The notes under the pieces are model-generated. The model ran no database searches, had not been told where the DNA came from, and was given only the letters and a program-made list of their open reading frames with translations. Positions 61,239 to 64,000 of a stretch of DNA of 64,000 nt are shown piece after piece (within the stretch, counting starts at the first letter, position 1; each line of letters begins with the position of its first letter). The translations under genes were made by a program, and so were the position numbers. The stretch lies in assembly GCA_963845535.1 (NCBI GenBank), contig CAWJSK010000001.1, forward strand, positions 1 through 64,000, written 5' to 3'. The stretch is from an uncultured Spirochaetota bacterium (GTDB lineage: Bacteria; Spirochaetota; Spirochaetia; SZUA-6; Fen-1364).

Positions 61239-61676
61239 CTAGAAATGGACGACTTCCTTCCTGCCCTCCATGGGCAGGAAGCGCGTGGCATGCTCCACGA
61301 CCGTCTCCAGGACAGCGACGTCCCGGTCGTCATGCGCAAGTTTCCAGAACGTCCGCAGGCGCGGGCCAATGACCTCCAGGACTTCCGCCCTGAGGGAGGG
61401 ATTTTCCACCACGTTGATGGCGCCCCGGATGCTCACCACCTCGTCCAGGGACGGGGTCTGGAACATCCACTCCACCTGGGGGTGGGATTTGACCTGCGCC
61501 ACCTTTGCAAACTTTCCGGCGGTGATGGCGTAGATGGCCCCGGGCCTGTCGCGCAGGACCGCGGGGGTGAGCCAGCGGATGTGGGGTTTGCCCTCGTCAT
61601 CCACAGTGGCCAGAAGGCCGGTCTTGTGGGCCTCTATAATCTCCTCTACCCTGTTCATCACCTGACGGCTGTCCAT
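61239..61676 (-). CDS. Pyridoxamine 5'-phosphate oxidase-like (split-barrel flavin-binding) protein
   Basis: LATVDDEGKPHIR, KVAQVKSHPQV; first gene upstream of pdhA; TTGAAA-17-TATCTT ends 9 nt before ATG. Confidence 0.8.
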   Translation of the reverse strand: MDSRQVMNRVEEIIEAHKTGLLATVDDEGKPHIRWLTPAVLRDRPGAIYAITAGKFAKVAQVKSHPQVEWMFQTPSLDEVVSIRGAINVVENPSLRAEVLEVIGPRLRTFWKLAHDDRDVAVLETVVEHATRFLPMEGRKEVVHF

Positions 61677-61715
61677 ATGCTAGTGAAGATAGAGAAAAGC
61701 CGAAGCGCTTTCAAG

Positions 61716-61785
61716 CATAGCCATGGATGGCGGAGGTCGGCCGAGCACACGGATGTGCGGAAGGCCGACCATAGCCATGGATGGC
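61716..61785 (+). repeat. GGA-loop hairpin element, copy 3 (three hairpins)
   Basis: catagccatggatggc direct repeats at 61716 and 61770 flank ggtcggcc-ga-gcaca-cgga-tgtgc-ggaa-ggccgacc. Confidence 0.8.
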
Positions 61786-61816
61786 CAAAAGCACATTTTC
61801 GACTATAGTAGCTTCC

Positions 61817-63496
61817 GTGCAAAAGAAGCCCTTCATCTGGGAGACGCACGGCATCCACGTGGGGACGGGCGGGGACCACGTGACCCATGGCATTGACGAC
61901 CTGGACAGCATCGTCGAACAGGCCGTCGGAATGGGCTTTCCTTCCCTGACCTTCATCATCCACAGCCCGCGGCTTACGCGCTTCCGTTACGCAAGCGAAC
62001 GCGCCACGGACGTGAAGTTCATCCGGGGTGATGCCTCCTATTTCAGCTATACCGACACCATTGCGCGGCTTCGCGAACGCCATGGGGCGCGCATCGACAT
62101 CCGCTACGGGGTGGAGCTGGAGTGGCTGGGCACCGGCCTCGGGATGCATTGGAGCAGGGCCAAGCTGTTCCAGGCGCACGGCGCGGACTTTGTGGTGAGC
62201 TCCGTTCATTTCGCCCCCAACGGCGTCCCGTACGACGGCTCCCCGGAGGACACCGAGCGGCTCATCAGGGAGCGCGGCGGCGTGGAGCAGCTTTGGGCAG
62301 GCTACTTTGATGAAGTGATCGAGATGGTGGACGCATCATGGCAATTCACCTCCGCGGTGGGCCACCTCGACCTGCCGAAGCTTTACGCGCCGCTTCCCTC
62401 ATGCCTCGCGGAGGATAACGGCGCAGACACGGAGACCGAGCGCCGCCTGTCCACGCTGCTGGAGATGATTGCCGAGCACAACCTTGCCCTGGACGTGAAC
62501 CTTGCCGGCCTGCGCAAGGGGGTCGGCATCTATCCGCACCCCAAGATTCTGCAAAGGGCGTATACGCTCGGCATTTCGATTGCCATCGGGACCGACACGC
62601 ATGATCCAGCGGACCTCGGCAAGGACTATGACGCGGGCCTGGAAGCGGTCAGGGCCGCGGGGTATCGATATTACGTCTCCTTCTCCCGTGGCATTCCCGA
62701 GAAGCGGCCGCTCTCCCACGGTCTCGAAGGTCCCTTCAAGGTGCTGAACCTGGGGATGGAGATCCTCAACCACCGTCTGGCCAGAGAGAAAAGGTTGGAG
62801 ATCCCTCGGCTCTCTTTCGGCGGCGACTTTCGATCTCTCGCGAAAGTGTTTCCCGAGTCATCGTCCCTGGGATCATTTCATGCCGTGCGCGTGCGCAAGG
62901 AGGAACGGTCCGTCACCATCAGTGATCGGCTTCCCGCCTACGCGGGGGGAGAGACGACGTATCTTTTCTCCCACCATCGGGACCTGCCCGGGACGCTCGC
63001 CCTCTTGTTGAACACGCTGGCCTCGGAGGAGATCAATATCGAGACGGTCTGGCTGAACTCCCTGGAGGACGGCACTGCCACGGCATACCTCACGGTGGAC
63101 GGGACTCCGGAGGCCATCCGCGAAGCAGTCGAGTTCGTGCTGGGAACTGCGGGGGACAGGTTCCTCCAGATCGACACAGACGTGCGGGTACGGCTTCCTC
63201 CGGTAAAAAAAGCCGCCATCTACCTCCTTGAGGTGGACGGGGTCTGGCTGCCCATGCCCGTCTCCCGCCAGATGATCATCACCGTTCATGGCAACAGGCC
63301 CGGCGTCCTGCTCGTCCTCCTCTCGGCGCTTGCGTCCCGCAACGTCAACGTCGTGGACCTTCAGCTCGGCGCGAGGGGAGAAAAAGGGTTTGCCGCCCTC
63401 GGGGTGCAGGGGGATGAAAGAATCGTTGCTGAGGTTTTGACGCAGCTCGGTCCTTCGTACCTTGAAGCATCGCAAATCATTCTGGGAGGTTTTTGA
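61817..63496 (+). CDS. PHP-family phosphatase (HisJ/HisK-like) fused to two ACT domains
   Basis: HGIH, IIHSP, GVELEW, SSVH, GHLDL, GTDTH; ACT motifs HRDLPGTL...EINI and GNRPGVL...NVNV; start GTG 61817 or ATG 61781. Confidence 0.8.
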   Translation: MQKKPFIWETHGIHVGTGGDHVTHGIDDLDSIVEQAVGMGFPSLTFIIHSPRLTRFRYASERATDVKFIRGDASYFSYTDTIARLRERHGARIDIRYGVELEWLGTGLGMHWSRAKLFQAHGADFVVSSVHFAPNGVPYDGSPEDTERLIRERGGVEQLWAGYFDEVIEMVDASWQFTSAVGHLDLPKLYAPLPSCLAEDNGADTETERRLSTLLEMIAEHNLALDVNLAGLRKGVGIYPHPKILQRAYTLGISIAIGTDTHDPADLGKDYDAGLEAVRAAGYRYYVSFSRGIPEKRPLSHGLEGPFKVLNLGMEILNHRLAREKRLEIPRLSFGGDFRSLAKVFPESSSLGSFHAVRVRKEERSVTISDRLPAYAGGETTYLFSHHRDLPGTLALLLNTLASEEINIETVWLNSLEDGTATAYLTVDGTPEAIREAVEFVLGTAGDRFLQIDTDVRVRLPPVKKAAIYLLEVDGVWLPMPVSRQMIITVHGNRPGVLLVLLSALASRNVNVVDLQLGARGEKGFAALGVQGDERIVAEVLTQLGPSYLEASQIILGGF

Positions 63497-64000
63497 TGAC
63501 CGTAAGCTCTTTGTGCCGGGCGGCCCTGCGCCTCCTGCCGCTCGCCGTTGTCGCCATGCCCGTTATCGCCCAGGATCAGGAGCTGCCGGACGGGCTGTAT
63601 GCCGAGATCACGACGGAGCGCGGCACCATTGTGTGCTCCCTGGAGTATCAGAAGGCGCCAATGACGGTGTCGAGCTTCGTCGGCCTTGCCGAGGGGACAA
63701 TCCCCGCCAACGGCGCTACTGGCAAGAAGTTCTTCGACGGCCTCACTTTTCACAGGGTTGAGCCCGGCTTCGTCATCCAGGGCGGAGACCCCAACGGTGA
63801 CGGGACCGGCGGGCCCGGCTACGAGTTTCCCAACGAGATTCGCCCTGACTTGAGGCATGACCGTGCCGGCACCCTTTCCATGGCGAACGCGGGACCGGAC
63901 ACGAACGGGAGCCAGTTCTTCATCACGCTTCGCCAGACGCCGAACCTCGACGGAGGCTACAACGTCTTCGGATACGTTGTGAAAGGGATGGACGTGGTGA
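63496..64000 (+). CDS. Cyclophilin-type peptidylprolyl isomerase, exported; truncated by window end
   Basis: ATG 63496 after GGGAGG; signal peptide; APMTVSSFVGLAEG, FHRVEPGFVIQGGDP, SMANAGPDTNGSQFFIT. Confidence 0.93.
   Translation, partial: MTVSSLCRAALRLLPLAVVAMPVIAQDQELPDGLYAEITTERGTIVCSLEYQKAPMTVSSFVGLAEGTIPANGATGKKFFDGLTFHRVEPGFVIQGGDPNGDGTGGPGYEFPNEIRPDLRHDRAGTLSMANAGPDTNGSQFFITLRQTPNLDGGYNVFGYVVKGMDVV

Overview
A GC-rich, gene-dense bacterial chromosome segment, probably from a free-living Spirochaetia member. That assignment is inferred from gene types (FlgD-Ig/OmpA lipoprotein, UPF0158-GNAT fusion, spirochaete-style acyltransferase) and was not tested by a search. Housekeeping content: partial tRNA-Arg(CCU), rlpA, rpiA, eno, oppA, aroE, asnB, pdhABC-lpdA and a cyclophilin. 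Other loci: a sigma54-driven amtB-glnK-permease-NifA-like nitrogen module; a complete trp operon (trpE, trpGD, trpCF, trpB, trpA); one intact IS630; a TetR-controlled LolA-like/ABC export cluster; a probable (mannosyl)glucosylglycerate cluster; and two ClC genes. Most interesting signals: (i) a leaderless Trp leader peptide (WWWFW) followed by two terminators that appear coupled as a cascade; (ii) a covarying CA-NGGA-TG hairpin element at three intergenic sites, resembling CsrA sites or REP elements; (iii) a PHP phosphatase fused to two SerA-like ACT domains; (iv) an MBL-cNMP-hemerythrin protein with a degenerate iron site; (v) an apparent ATC start codon and many leaderless genes. Three apparent +1 homopolymer insertions (trpB tail, MBL gene, CBS gene end) may be assembly errors. 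All product calls come from motif recognition by eye; no database searches or folding calculations were run.
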